From the NCBI GenBank assembly GCA_038150305.1, contig JAYOTG010000008.1, positions 8,380-72,379 of the forward strand: a DNA stretch of 64,000 bases, in the 5' to 3' direction. The notes beneath the pieces are model-generated. The model searched no databases and was not told the DNA's origin. It worked only from the letters and a program-made list of their open reading frames with translations. This document shows, in pieces, positions 52,091 to 62,030 of this stretch (position 1 is the stretch's first letter; each line of letters opens with the position of its first letter). A program made the position numbers and the translations under genes. This DNA comes from Candidatus Poseidoniales archaeon. Its GTDB lineage: Archaea; Thermoplasmatota; Poseidoniia; Poseidoniales; Poseidoniaceae.

Positions 52091-54373
52091 ATGACCAAGA
52101 CAACGTGTGCGATCTGTACCGTGACCTGTGAAGAACCGCAGCGCCACTGCCGCTTGTGTGCAGGCATCCTGATGGCCCATGGCGAACACCGCTGGCTGGA
52201 TTTGGTTCCAGAACAGTTTGTGGCGGACGCCCGCAAAACCCTCGGGGGAAGGTCAACCTCACGCGCACGCTGGGGCGCGCTCAAGGACGAGGAAAGGGTC
52301 CTCGACGCAGGGATGTGGGCCCGCTTGGAGGACGAACGAGATGATCCGATCGCCGAATGGCATGCGGGTCAAGCGGCGTTTGAGGCGGCCGCAGCGGCCG
52401 TGCGCACAAAGGAAGGTGCATCTCGAAGCGACCTCCGCGCACTTGCACAAGGCGTGACCTTGTCCACCGGGCACCTCATGCAGTTCTCAGATGAAGGCAT
52501 GCTCATCGACGGACGAGGGCCTTTTCCGCATGCGCCTTGGAAGGACTTGCTCGAGCTCATGGCCTCGCCCCGTCGACGCGGATGGGACCTTCTGGGGTTG
52601 GCCTTGGCGGCCTCCGCTGTGTCGGGACCTGTGCTCCGAATCCCACGGCGCCCACTCGGATTTGGCGGCCATCACGAGGTCACGGATCGCCACCCTGCTC
52701 GACCGCTCATGCGCTGGTTGGGCATCTTGCGTCGCTTGCATGAACCGCTTGATCCCGTCACGAAGATGTGGGTCGGGGATCTGGAAGAAACCCCTCCGTT
52801 CCACTGGCAAGGACGGGGGGCCCGTGGGCCACAGCGCGAGGCGCTGGACGAGATGATCCGAAACCGGCCTCATCAGATCGCTGTGGGCCGGATCGAGCCG
52901 TGGGTCACGGCGTGGAACACGGCCGAGGAAGTCGTCCATCGACCGCTTCCGCAGGCCTTGAGCAGCAGCGAGGGGCGCCTGTCGCTTCGCGTGGCTCGCT
53001 TCAGGCGAGGAGGCGACGTCGTGACCGTCAAGGTCCCACGAGACCCGAGGCTGTGGGCATGGTTGCTCGGCTGGGTGCTTCAACCGCCGTGGGCGGAGGA
53101 GCGAGCACGCCTCCATGCCCTGATTGTGGCGTGGAACGGGGGTTCGTCCAACGACGTTGCCCCTGCGCTTGCTCGCTCAATCGTCCTCTTTCACAACGTC
53201 ATGAGGCAGGCCGGAGAACGAGTGCACATCGAAGGCGAGCGCGTGCTGATCCGTGGCCGGTTTGGCCATGGGTACGAGGTGCAGATCGGTCGCGGCGCCC
53301 ATGGCGCGCCCTTTGTTGTGCGCGGCGTGGACGGAAAGGGCCGAGCCACGGACCCGCCGCTGTGCATCACCGAAGACCGCACGGGCCCGACGCGCCCGGT
53401 TGGCGACGTTCTGGCCACGGTCGTCCTGAGCCTGCTTGATGACGTCGCCACGGCCGAAACCATCGAGCCGCTTCATCGCTTCATGCACCGGATTTCTCCG
53501 GCCTTTGAAAGCGACACCGCACAAGTCGGGGACCTCGGTTTGGGCGAGGCTTTGCCCTGGTATCGTCCTGAGGTCGCGCTGCAGAACCGGAGCTTCGAGC
53601 CCTTTTGGTACGCCGGTGGAGCGCTGCGCAACGGCAACGTGCTCAGCCAAGAAAAGTACATCGAAGCATGGATTGCGGCCATGGCTGAGGACGGCAACCG
53701 TCCGCGTCGACCCCGTCGTCGTCACCTGCATCGCTTCTGGCATCAGGTGCGCAATCCCCCCTATCAGGCTCAAGGCGAGGAAGGCGAACTCCAACGCATG
53801 CTCCGTGAACGCATGGATCAGATGGGCGAAGGGCGGAACTTTGAGGGTGCATTTCGCGAGTTCCTCCATCTCCAGGGCATGGACCCAAACCCCATGGAAG
53901 GGTTCGCTGCCCTCCGGGGCCGTGTGCACATCCACGACGGTGACGGGCGACCGCATCAGCGCCCCGACATCCGTGAGGCCCCGCTCCGTTTCAGCGACCT
54001 GTATGCGCGCGTTTGGACGGTCTTGGGGCGTTCTGCGCTTGGCCGAGAGGTGCGCCTCCGCCGCGCCACGCCATACGACGTCGAACTTCCCACCGGCATG
54101 CGCTTCACGGTTCGGGACCACCGGGAGCATCAGTTCCTCCGGCGCCTCCTACGCTTGTCAGGGTGGGAGCGGGGCGACGGCCCGCTTCACTTTGTGCGCC
54201 GACGGCCTTGGCATCGTGGCGCAGCGGCTCGCTTGGCACGGGAACTTAACCGCATGCAGGAGCACATGGACGGTCAGGCCAACGTGCCGTGGTGGTGGAA
54301 CTACCCGCGCGAGGAATTCATCGATGAGGACATCCTGAACGACTGGCGCCTTCGCGAAGACCTCACGGATTGA
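52091..54373 (+). CDS. Hypothetical Arg/Trp-rich protein with N-terminal Zn finger
   Basis: CAIC..C..CRLC at the start of a 760-aa frame; TTCAAA 30 nt upstream. Confidence 0.75.
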   Translation: MTKTTCAICTVTCEEPQRHCRLCAGILMAHGEHRWLDLVPEQFVADARKTLGGRSTSRARWGALKDEERVLDAGMWARLEDERDDPIAEWHAGQAAFEAAAAAVRTKEGASRSDLRALAQGVTLSTGHLMQFSDEGMLIDGRGPFPHAPWKDLLELMASPRRRGWDLLGLALAASAVSGPVLRIPRRPLGFGGHHEVTDRHPARPLMRWLGILRRLHEPLDPVTKMWVGDLEETPPFHWQGRGARGPQREALDEMIRNRPHQIAVGRIEPWVTAWNTAEEVVHRPLPQALSSSEGRLSLRVARFRRGGDVVTVKVPRDPRLWAWLLGWVLQPPWAEERARLHALIVAWNGGSSNDVAPALARSIVLFHNVMRQAGERVHIEGERVLIRGRFGHGYEVQIGRGAHGAPFVVRGVDGKGRATDPPLCITEDRTGPTRPVGDVLATVVLSLLDDVATAETIEPLHRFMHRISPAFESDTAQVGDLGLGEALPWYRPEVALQNRSFEPFWYAGGALRNGNVLSQEKYIEAWIAAMAEDGNRPRRPRRRHLHRFWHQVRNPPYQAQGEEGELQRMLRERMDQMGEGRNFEGAFREFLHLQGMDPNPMEGFAALRGRVHIHDGDGRPHQRPDIREAPLRFSDLYARVWTVLGRSALGREVRLRRATPYDVELPTGMRFTVRDHREHQFLRRLLRLSGWERGDGPLHFVRRRPWHRGAAARLARELNRMQEHMDGQANVPWWWNYPREEFIDEDILNDWRLREDLTD

Positions 54374-55280
54374 CGTCGTTGCGACGAGCAGCGGCAGCCA
54401 GCGCGAGCAGGGCAAGCCCTGCGCCGGGTGCGGGGAGGCCGCGTTCGGCCGGCTCCGTGACCGGTTCTGGCTCCTCCACCACCTCTGGGGTGGTGGGTGG
54501 GACCAGGCTGTGAACGAGGTAGACCTCGAGATCGTCGCCGTCAAAGGCCGGAGGAAGCGCAAGTGCGGACGAGCCCTGCAGCGACACCGCTTCGTGCCAC
54601 ACGAGTTCATCGACGGTGCTGATGCTCCGAACGATGTGGGGGTAGTCCTCCTGCCCGTTGGTGCCTTCAGGGAAGTTTGCCGTGGCTTCCACCACCCACA
54701 CCTCAAGACGAACGAGGTGCCCGTCCCAAACGCTGCTCGGTGGCAGGTTCACGTCCCAGGTGACCGTCGTGCTGCCGCTTTGTGCGGCGGTCCACGAAAA
54801 GACGCTGGTGCCGCCTGCTGGCATATCGAGGCTCTGATTGGCCAGAGCACGGTAATCGTCCAGGAGGCTGTCGCCTTCAGGCACGCTTCCAATGACGTAG
54901 GTCGTGCCGTTGAAGACCACTGTAGGCGGCGCGCGGCGGTCGTAGCGCTGTTCCCAGCGCTCGTCAAGGGCATCGCTGCCAAAGGGATCCTCGGTCTCAC
55001 CGATGGAGCGATGGAACGCGAAAATGTGACCTCCACGCTCAGCGACCAAATCCTCCAAAGCGTGCTCAACGTCGACGCAATTCGTGCACCACGTGGCGGT
55101 GTAATCCTCCAAGATGGGATCCAAGTTCTCCAAGGCGACGGCACTTGAGTTGGCCGATGAGACCGCTCCGCCATGGCTGCCGAACACCGCACCGTCGTCA
55201 ACGGCAACCGGGGCTCCGGCTTGGACGTTCAGCGGGAGCAGGACGACCAACGTGACCAGGATCAGGGCGATACGACGCAT
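54363..55280 (-). CDS. Secreted thioredoxin-fold (Omp28-like) protein with PGF-CTERM-like anchor
   Basis: Signal peptide, EDYTATWCTNC, PTVVFNG, C-terminus GLPAPG-hydrophobic-RR. Confidence 0.75.
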   Translation of the reverse strand: MRRIALILVTLVVLLPLNVQAGAPVAVDDGAVFGSHGGAVSSANSSAVALENLDPILEDYTATWCTNCVDVEHALEDLVAERGGHIFAFHRSIGETEDPFGSDALDERWEQRYDRRAPPTVVFNGTTYVIGSVPEGDSLLDDYRALANQSLDMPAGGTSVFSWTAAQSGSTTVTWDVNLPPSSVWDGHLVRLEVWVVEATANFPEGTNGQEDYPHIVRSISTVDELVWHEAVSLQGSSALALPPAFDGDDLEVYLVHSLVPPTTPEVVEEPEPVTEPAERGLPAPGAGLALLALAAAARRNDVNP

Positions 55281-55326
55281 GCCCCGAGGCGGGGTTTGTG
55301 CGACTTCAACCTTCCACCGTTGCGAA

Positions 55327-56373
55327 TCAGGGGATGGCAGCAATTGCGCCCAACACTTGTTCGACGTCCTCGTCGCTCACGTGCAAATGGAGCACCATGC
55401 GGCACGTGCTGTCGTTCAAGGTCAGGACGTCGATGCCGTGGGCTGCAAGGTGGTCCAAGGTGGCTTGACCCGACCAGCCTTCCACACCGAAATACACCAT
55501 GTTCGTCTCAACACCCTCCAAATCCACGTTCCCACGAGGGTGCTGTGCAAGGGCCTCTGCGATCCGACGAGCGCGAGCATGATCCTCTGCCATTCGATCC
55601 ACGTGGTGGTCAAGCGCGTGCAGACCGGCGGCGGCAATGATGCCGACTTGACGCATGCCGCCGCCGAACATCTTGCGCCAGCGGTGGGAGCGCGCAATGA
55701 AATCCACACCGCCGACGAGCATGGAGCCCATGGGTGCGCCCAAGCCTTTCGAGAGGCAAATGGCGACGCTATCCCACCCCTGAAGCATGCGTTCTGCGGA
55801 GGTGCCGGTGGCCACCGCCGCGTTCATCAAGCGAGCACCGTCCACGTGCAGCGCACACCCCATCTCCCGACCAACGGCCGCGATGGCGTCCAGATCCTCG
55901 AGGGCGTAGCATGAGCCCCCGCCGCGGTTGGAGGTGTTCTCGATGCAGATGAGGCGCCCGTCGGGATAGTGGCTTCCAGAGCCGTCGGCCTTGCGAATGG
56001 CCGACCTGACGTGAGCGGGGGCCATTCGACCTCGGTCCCCGTCAACAAAAGCCACGGAACAACCGGACAATGCGGCGAATCCACCGCCTTCGTAGAGGTA
56101 GATGTGCGCCTCCTTTTCGAGGACGATTTCATCGCCAGGACGGGTGTGGGTACGGACCGCCACGGCATTGGCCATGGTCCCGGAGGGCAGGAACAACGCC
56201 GCCTCCATGCCGCACATGGCCGCCACCCGGGCCTCGAGTTCGAGCACGGTGGGGTCTTCGCCGTAGACGTCGTCCCCCACCGGGGCATTGGCCATCGCCT
56301 CGCGCATGGTTGGCGTGGGTTGCGTGACCGTGTCGCTGCGCAGGTCGATGCGATCGTTCGGCCAGTGGCGCAT
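55327..56373 (-). CDS. ltaE: Low-specificity L-threonine aldolase
   Basis: [47 protein letters not shown]. Confidence 0.95.
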   Translation of the reverse strand: MRHWPNDRIDLRSDTVTQPTPTMREAMANAPVGDDVYGEDPTVLELEARVAAMCGMEAALFLPSGTMANAVAVRTHTRPGDEIVLEKEAHIYLYEGGGFAALSGCSVAFVDGDRGRMAPAHVRSAIRKADGSGSHYPDGRLICIENTSNRGGGSCYALEDLDAIAAVGREMGCALHVDGARLMNAAVATGTSAERMLQGWDSVAICLSKGLGAPMGSMLVGGVDFIARSHRWRKMFGGGMRQVGIIAAAGLHALDHHVDRMAEDHARARRIAEALAQHPRGNVDLEGVETNMVYFGVEGWSGQATLDHLAAHGIDVLTLNDSTCRMVLHLHVSDEDVEQVLGAIAAIP

Positions 56374-56449
56374 GATGCAGCGAGGAAGGTCTGCGCCATG
56401 AACGGTGCGGCGGCGACAACTCCATGCCATGCGCGCAGGACATGGTGGC

Positions 56450-56866
56450 ATGGGCCTGCGCAGTTGGCTTCACCGCTGGACGGCTCCGCCCCCTCCCGGT
56501 CCCGCTCCAAGCGAAGCGTGCAAACTTGTGCTCGTGGTCAACCACGGCCTCAAGATGGGCAAAGGAAAGATTGCGGCGCAGGTCGGCCACGCCAGCATCG
56601 GCGCGATGACCGGCATCCGTGAACAAGACCGAGGGCGGTTGGCGGCGTGGTTGGCCTCTGGCCAGCGGAAGGTCTGCGTCAAGGGAAACGATGCCAATCA
56701 CTTGCTCGAGCTTTCCGCCCAAGCGAAGGAAGCGGGGCTGCCCACCACACAGGTGCGCGATGCCGGTCACACGCAAATCCCGAGCGGATCGTTGACTGTG
56801 GTGGCCATCGGGCCAGCGGAGGCGTCGAAAATCGATCGCCTTACGGCGGAGCTGAAGTTGCTCTGA
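56450..56866 (+). CDS. pth2: Peptidyl-tRNA hydrolase Pth2 (copy 1)
   Basis: [36 protein letters not shown]. Confidence 0.93.
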   Translation: MGLRSWLHRWTAPPPPGPAPSEACKLVLVVNHGLKMGKGKIAAQVGHASIGAMTGIREQDRGRLAAWLASGQRKVCVKGNDANHLLELSAQAKEAGLPTTQVRDAGHTQIPSGSLTVVAIGPAEASKIDRLTAELKLL

Positions 56867-56873
56867 TGACCGC

Positions 56874-57278
56874 TCAGCCTTGCCAGAACCGCGAGGATTC
56901 CCAGGGCAGCCCGAGCGCGATGCCGACCTCGGTCAGCACCACGTAGTTGACCACCAGGTAGAGGGTGACGGCAATGAACACCGCCGCCAAACTTGTGTTG
57001 ACGATGCGGCGACGTTCGCGCACGGCGGCGTCCAAGGTGCAGATGCCGTCCCGCCTGAAGTGCACCACAAGGCCAGCCACCAAGCACCCCGCGGAGACGG
57101 TCAGGAGGGTTGGACGGAACCAACCCCAGCCGTCTCCTCCCCAATACAGCGTGTCGGAGAGGGCCGCGGCTGAAGAGACGCTGCTCAGCCCAAAGAGCAC
57201 AAGGACGACCGAAGGCAAGCAGCACATCGTCGCAAGAAGCGATGAGCCGGCGATGGTCCGCCAAAGGCCTCTGAGCAC
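56874..57278 (-). CDS. 3-TM membrane protein, MerT/MerF-like Cys pair
   Basis: MCCLP in TM1, plus cytoplasmic GICT; three hydrophobic helices. Confidence 0.6.
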   Translation of the reverse strand: MLRGLWRTIAGSSLLATMCCLPSVVLVLFGLSSVSSAAALSDTLYWGGDGWGWFRPTLLTVSAGCLVAGLVVHFRRDGICTLDAAVRERRRIVNTSLAAVFIAVTLYLVVNYVVLTEVGIALGLPWESSRFWQG

Positions 57279-57320
57279 GGTGATAGGTTTGCTCTTGCCT
57301 TCTTGAGCGTTGGTTCACCC

Positions 57321-57689
57321 TCACAGCGCCTTGAGCCGGCTGAGCAACACGTCGAGAATGCTGGATTGTGCCGGGCCGATACCGAGCACCGTCACGGTGC
57401 CTGGCGCCACTTCAGTGCGGCCCGCGTCGGTCACGGTGTGATGGACGAGCCGGTGATGCTCCGCCTCGTGGCGATGGAAGTCGAGATCCTCCAACCCCTC
57501 CACGCCAAGCACCACGATGCGTCCGTGCTCGCTCCTCCAGCGCTCAAACAGAGCTGTGGCCTGTTTCCTCGCTTTGAGGCTGCACCCGACCGCAGCGTGA
57601 GCCACTTGAGCGGCCGTTTTCCCCGGGCTCATCACCACGTCCTGTCGGACCAGCACGGCGAGGGTTGCCGAATCAGGTGAGGTGGACAT
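57321..57689 (-). CDS. pth2: Peptidyl-tRNA hydrolase Pth2 (copy 2)
   Basis: VRQDVVMSPGKTAAQVAHA, DAGRTEV, LGIGP, LKAL. Confidence 0.9.
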   Translation of the reverse strand: MSTSPDSATLAVLVRQDVVMSPGKTAAQVAHAAVGCSLKARKQATALFERWRSEHGRIVVLGVEGLEDLDFHRHEAEHHRLVHHTVTDAGRTEVAPGTVTVLGIGPAQSSILDVLLSRLKAL

Positions 57690-58368
57690 CGGCCTCGACT
57701 CCTGGCATTTCGAGGGCATCCGGCACGTCCACTGGCGTCAACATGCGCACCATGAGGGCACCCGTCCACAGCATGATGACCGTGTTCCCAAGGGCGTGGC
57801 TCAGGTCGAAGGGCAAGCCCATCCACATCAGTGCCGGCAGCTCAGCAAGACCAACTCCGCCTCCAAGCAGCGACAGGTTGGTGACGAGGCCGAACGGCAA
57901 CGCCAGCAGGCCGGCGAAGAGGGTGGCCCGGCCGAGAAGCAGTCGGTCGTCCTGAATGAGGTTGGCATGCGCGCCGACCACCGCGATCAGGGCCCACCCC
58001 GCCGCTTGGAACACCGTCCAGTACCCGTCCCCAAGGACGGTGTTGGAGAGCGTGGTCACAAGGATGGCGAAGGCCACGCCGCGTCGAGCACCGAGGGTTG
58101 CGCCGGCCAACAGGACGGCGACCGTCACCGGCTGAACGTTCGGGAGGTTGGCCATGAGCACACGGAGCACGGCCACCACGGCGACGAAGGACATGAGAAG
58201 CACGCCGTGGTGACGCGTCAGCCGCTTGTCGCTGAGCAGCAGGAGCGTCGCGGCCCCGAGCAACACCACATCGAGCGCCAGCGCCGCAGCGGGGCTGAGC
58301 ACGGGGCCGTGGACCCCAACGCTGGCGAACATGCTTTGTGGGACGGGCCGGGCTCCTTCAAGGTTCAC
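57673..58368 (-). CDS. ECF transporter S component, CbrT-like (cobalamin)
   Basis: About 6-7 TM; LPNVQPVT, LSN..LGDG.WT.FQ..GW, GLPFDLSHALGN. Confidence 0.8.
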   Translation of the reverse strand: MNLEGARPVPQSMFASVGVHGPVLSPAAALALDVVLLGAATLLLLSDKRLTRHHGVLLMSFVAVVAVLRVLMANLPNVQPVTVAVLLAGATLGARRGVAFAILVTTLSNTVLGDGYWTVFQAAGWALIAVVGAHANLIQDDRLLLGRATLFAGLLALPFGLVTNLSLLGGGVGLAELPALMWMGLPFDLSHALGNTVIMLWTGALMVRMLTPVDVPDALEMPGVEADVHLT

Positions 58369-60021
58369 TCACGCCAAGCGCCATACGAGGACGGAGGAGG
58401 AGGGGAACGGGTACGCATCAGCGCCGACCATCGGCCGTTCGCCGTTCACGTCGTAGACCCACCCGTCGGCGGTGGTTCCATTGACGGCAGTGACCCACAT
58501 CCCGAGGGCATGTTTCTCCAACGTTACGGAAAGGCCGAGTGAATCTGCCGCAACGGTGGTGGCTTCGAGCGGCGTCGGACGAGGTTCGAATCCGCCGAAG
58601 GCAAGGGTCTCGTTGGGCAGTTCGAACACGACGACCTGCCCCCCTCGCCACGATTCCGGCCATGCCTCATCCCAGACCGGCTCTCCTTCGGGTTGTTGCG
58701 CTTGGTCCGCCCACAAGCCCATCAGCGCTGGCATCAGGGCCACCAAGGCGACCAACAGGAAGGGCGATGACCAACGCAAGGCGTGCAAAAGGCCGCGCCG
58801 GTAGAAGGCCGTTGAGCCAGCGAGGAAGGCCGCCATCAACGCGAGCGTCCAAACGACGGGAGACTTATCCGCCGGTGCTTCAGCGACCTCCAACGCCGGG
58901 CCGCTCAGCAAAGGGCACGATGTGCCGTTGCCCTGCACCTCGACGTGCCCGGCATCTTTGACCAGCAGCCAGGCCTCACCGCACATCACAGGAGGGGCCG
59001 TGCCGTGCCCACGAAGGTCCGTGCTGAACACAACATCAGCTGTTTCAGAGGTCATCGCGAAGGCGAAAAAGCCCCCATCCAGAGCGTTGATTGAACCCGT
59101 CAGCCAACCGCCCTCGGCCCGGAGCGGTCCTTGCACAGAGGCGGTCAAACGCCGGGTCACGTCCCAGCCGTCCTCCGTCCACTTGAGGACGTGAACGCCG
59201 CTGGCGTCGCCGACCGCTGCCGTGGTGCCGTTGATGGCCACCGGCATGCCAGGCGAAGCGCCTGATGTCAAGCGGTGGGCTTGCGAAGGCGAGGTTGGGC
59301 GGTGGTCCTCGCCCAAGGGTAGCCATTGGACGAGGCTGGATCGTTGGGTTTGGAGGTGCACGAGCAATCCGCCGTTGATCACCAACGGCGCATGACGGAT
59401 GGCGCCCTCAAGTTCGATGAAGGAAGGCGCCTCCCCTGGCGTCCAACTCCACAACCGACCGGATTCATCCCCAACGTGCACCGTACCGTTGACCATCGTG
59501 GCTGGATTCCTCCAACCGAGGCCTGTTTCTGCAGCGTGCAGCAGCGTGCCGTTGCTTGGGCAACGCAACTCGACGCCGTTTCGCGTGGTGATGAGCAGGC
59601 CATCGTCAACCACGGCGGGGGTCGCGGTCAGCCCCCAACCTTGGACCGTCGTGTTGGCCTGCCACAAAGGAAGGCCTGCGTCCGAAGAACGCGCTTCAAG
59701 CAGGCCGCTCGACCATGCAACGATGACCTGCTCGGGCCACGCGCCACAGGCCGAGGAGCCTGCGGGCATCAGCACCAAGTCAGCCATGTCGGGCTGCATG
59801 GTCGCCCTGCCTTCGATGACCCACTTCACCGCTCCATCCTCAGCGTAAGCGCGTACCATCGGCGGTGAAACGCCATCAAAGGTCCCTGAGGACCGGATGA
59901 GCACGTGGTCGTCCACCACCAGGGGCGCGGTGGAGACATAGCCGCCCGGAACGGTGAAGCTCGCCGAGGCAAGGGGTGTAAGGAGCAAGGCGAAAAGCAC
60001 CAGGGCAAGCCTGCTTCTCAC
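58369..60021 (-). CDS. PQQ-like beta-propeller + TM hairpin + DUF4430 (transcobalamin-beta-like) protein
   Basis: Signal peptide; STAPLV/TATPAV/RHAPLV blades; C-terminal GMWVTAVNG..GWVYDVNG..MVGADAY; GTGA overlap with the gatE stop. Confidence 0.78.
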   Translation of the reverse strand: MRSRLALVLFALLLTPLASASFTVPGGYVSTAPLVVDDHVLIRSSGTFDGVSPPMVRAYAEDGAVKWVIEGRATMQPDMADLVLMPAGSSACGAWPEQVIVAWSSGLLEARSSDAGLPLWQANTTVQGWGLTATPAVVDDGLLITTRNGVELRCPSNGTLLHAAETGLGWRNPATMVNGTVHVGDESGRLWSWTPGEAPSFIELEGAIRHAPLVINGGLLVHLQTQRSSLVQWLPLGEDHRPTSPSQAHRLTSGASPGMPVAINGTTAAVGDASGVHVLKWTEDGWDVTRRLTASVQGPLRAEGGWLTGSINALDGGFFAFAMTSETADVVFSTDLRGHGTAPPVMCGEAWLLVKDAGHVEVQGNGTSCPLLSGPALEVAEAPADKSPVVWTLALMAAFLAGSTAFYRRGLLHALRWSSPFLLVALVALMPALMGLWADQAQQPEGEPVWDEAWPESWRGGQVVVFELPNETLAFGGFEPRPTPLEATTVAADSLGLSVTLEKHALGMWVTAVNGTTADGWVYDVNGERPMVGADAYPFPSSSVLVWRLA

Positions 60022-62030
60022 GAGAGCACCTGCTGAATGGCGGCTTTGAGGCGTTCGCTGACCTCACGGCCGTCGGCACCTTTGGCCGCTCCCATCACCA
60101 CGCCCATCAGCGGCCCAATGGCGCCGAAACCGCGCTCCTTCACGAAGTCCAGCCGGTCTGCAATGATGCCAGCAATGACGCCGTCGAGGTCTGCGACCTC
60201 GGTGGGCACGTGGCCCTCGGCTTCAGCCCACGCCACCAAAGTGGTACGATCCGCGCCCTCCGGGAAGGAGGCTGTGGCGGCCTTGACGCCATCGCGCGAG
60301 AGTGCGCCTTCCTCACGAAGATCGATGAGGTCGACCAAGAATTCCGTTGGCGCGCTCTCGTGTTCAAGCATCAGGGTGGCGAAGGCTTTGGCCGGCCGCT
60401 CACCAAGATGTTCGAGGAAGCGGTCGTCCAATTCACGTGCCAGGATTTGTTCGCGCTGGTCGTCGGACAACCCTGCAGGCGACAAGCGCTCGCGGCGTTC
60501 GTCGTTGCTCGGTGGAAGATGGCCGCTCAGCCGAGCCCATCGCTCCGCTTCGAGCGGGAGCGGCGGCACGTCGGTCTCTGGGTACATGCGCGCGCTGCCG
60601 GGCAGCGGGCGCATCGGACCGGTCGTGCCGTCGAGCGGCGCGCCCTTGCTCACGGTGACGTTACGCACTTCACGCGGCAAGCGGTGGTGCGCGAGCAAGG
60701 CGCGGTCTCGGACCGCTTCGAGCGCGAGGGCGGCTTGCCAATCTGGAGCCAGGCAGAGCACGAATGCATCGTCCTGTGCAAGCGAGAGCATCGAGCGTAC
60801 CCCCTCAACCTCGGCTTCCGTGATGCCGTAGGCCGGAAGTTCGTCGCTGTGAAAAACGCCACGCACGCCGGCGAGTTTCGCGGCTCCTGCGAGCTCTCGG
60901 CCGAGCCGAGGCAGCTGAGCGCCTTCCTCATCAAGCGTCTTGGTGCCAAGCAGCCCAGCCATGCCCGGAAGCGACAGGGCAAGCATCACGTGACCTTGTG
61001 CAAGGCCGCGCTCGACCATGCCCGAAGTGCTCGAAGCAAAAACGGAAGACACGTCGTTGAGCACGTCAGGGAACCGGGCAGCCACGGCTTCAGCCACACG
61101 CGCCTCACGCTCAGGATCGTCCAAGCGGCGGTCCGGGGGAAGAACGTCCTGCCCGGCGGCCTCGCGGAGGGTGTTGGCCAAGCGGTAGAAGTGGAGTTGT
61201 CGAGCCATTTCCAAGCGAACGATGCGCGGAATCCAGCCAAGGTCTTGGCAGCCCTTGATTTCCACACGATCCCCACACGCGATGCTGACGTTCAGGTCCT
61301 GCCGGATGGAACCAAGTCCGCGACGGACGCGCCGCGTGCGGCGCAGAACCGCGCCCAGAGCACGCGCGGTCGATTGGGCGTGATCGGGCGTTTGCACGTC
61401 AGGGGCCGTGGCGATTTCGATCAGCGGCAGCCCCAGGCGGTCGAGGTTGTACGACACACGCTCGCCAGATGCGGTGTCGACGGTGCTCAATTTCCGCGCG
61501 CTGTCCTCTTCGAGGCAAATGACGTCAACGCCAACCGGACCCTCAGGCGTTTGCAAGGTCCCGTCCTGGGCGACCAGGGTGGTCCGCTGGAAGCCGCTGG
61601 TGTTCGAGCCGTCCACCACAGTCTTGCGCATCGTCTGCATGAGGTCAACCGGGCGTGCCTCCAACAAAGCCGCAACCGTGAGGGTCACATCAACGGCGTC
61701 GGCGTCCAGCGGAAGCGGGGGGCGCTCGTCGAGTTCAATCAGGCCCGCATTGGGCGACTGAACGTATTCGAAACTGCGACGGCGCTTGGCCTCGAAGCGG
61801 GCGGCCACGTCGACCGCGCCGCCTTCACCGCGAGCGGCCCGCAGTCGACGGCGGGTCCTCGGCCACGTGTCCGGCACGGTCTCTTCGGTGACGTCGTACA
61901 GGACACCGGGTTGGCGGGAGTGGAGCTTTCCGGTGGCGAGTTGCTGATGCACCTCGATGCCGCACATGAAGCCCAGCGCGTCAGGATCCAGCGCGTTGGC
62001 GTCGCTCACCTCGCCTTGGGGCTCCGCCAT
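60018..62030 (-). CDS. gatE: Glu-tRNA(Gln) amidotransferase subunit E
   Basis: GIEVHQQL, MRKTVVDGSNTSGFQRT, LEED, IRQDLNVS, HSDELPAYGI, RPLPGSARMYPETD. Confidence 0.97.
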   Translation of the reverse strand: MAEPQGEVSDANALDPDALGFMCGIEVHQQLATGKLHSRQPGVLYDVTEETVPDTWPRTRRRLRAARGEGGAVDVAARFEAKRRRSFEYVQSPNAGLIELDERPPLPLDADAVDVTLTVAALLEARPVDLMQTMRKTVVDGSNTSGFQRTTLVAQDGTLQTPEGPVGVDVICLEEDSARKLSTVDTASGERVSYNLDRLGLPLIEIATAPDVQTPDHAQSTARALGAVLRRTRRVRRGLGSIRQDLNVSIACGDRVEIKGCQDLGWIPRIVRLEMARQLHFYRLANTLREAAGQDVLPPDRRLDDPEREARVAEAVAARFPDVLNDVSSVFASSTSGMVERGLAQGHVMLALSLPGMAGLLGTKTLDEEGAQLPRLGRELAGAAKLAGVRGVFHSDELPAYGITEAEVEGVRSMLSLAQDDAFVLCLAPDWQAALALEAVRDRALLAHHRLPREVRNVTVSKGAPLDGTTGPMRPLPGSARMYPETDVPPLPLEAERWARLSGHLPPSNDERRERLSPAGLSDDQREQILARELDDRFLEHLGERPAKAFATLMLEHESAPTEFLVDLIDLREEGALSRDGVKAATASFPEGADRTTLVAWAEAEGHVPTEVADLDGVIAGIIADRLDFVKERGFGAIGPLMGVVMGAAKGADGREVSERLKAAIQQVLS

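Noticed and set aside
56874..57278. Mercury resistance locus
   Set aside because: Only a Cys-pair membrane protein; no merA, merR or merP nearby.
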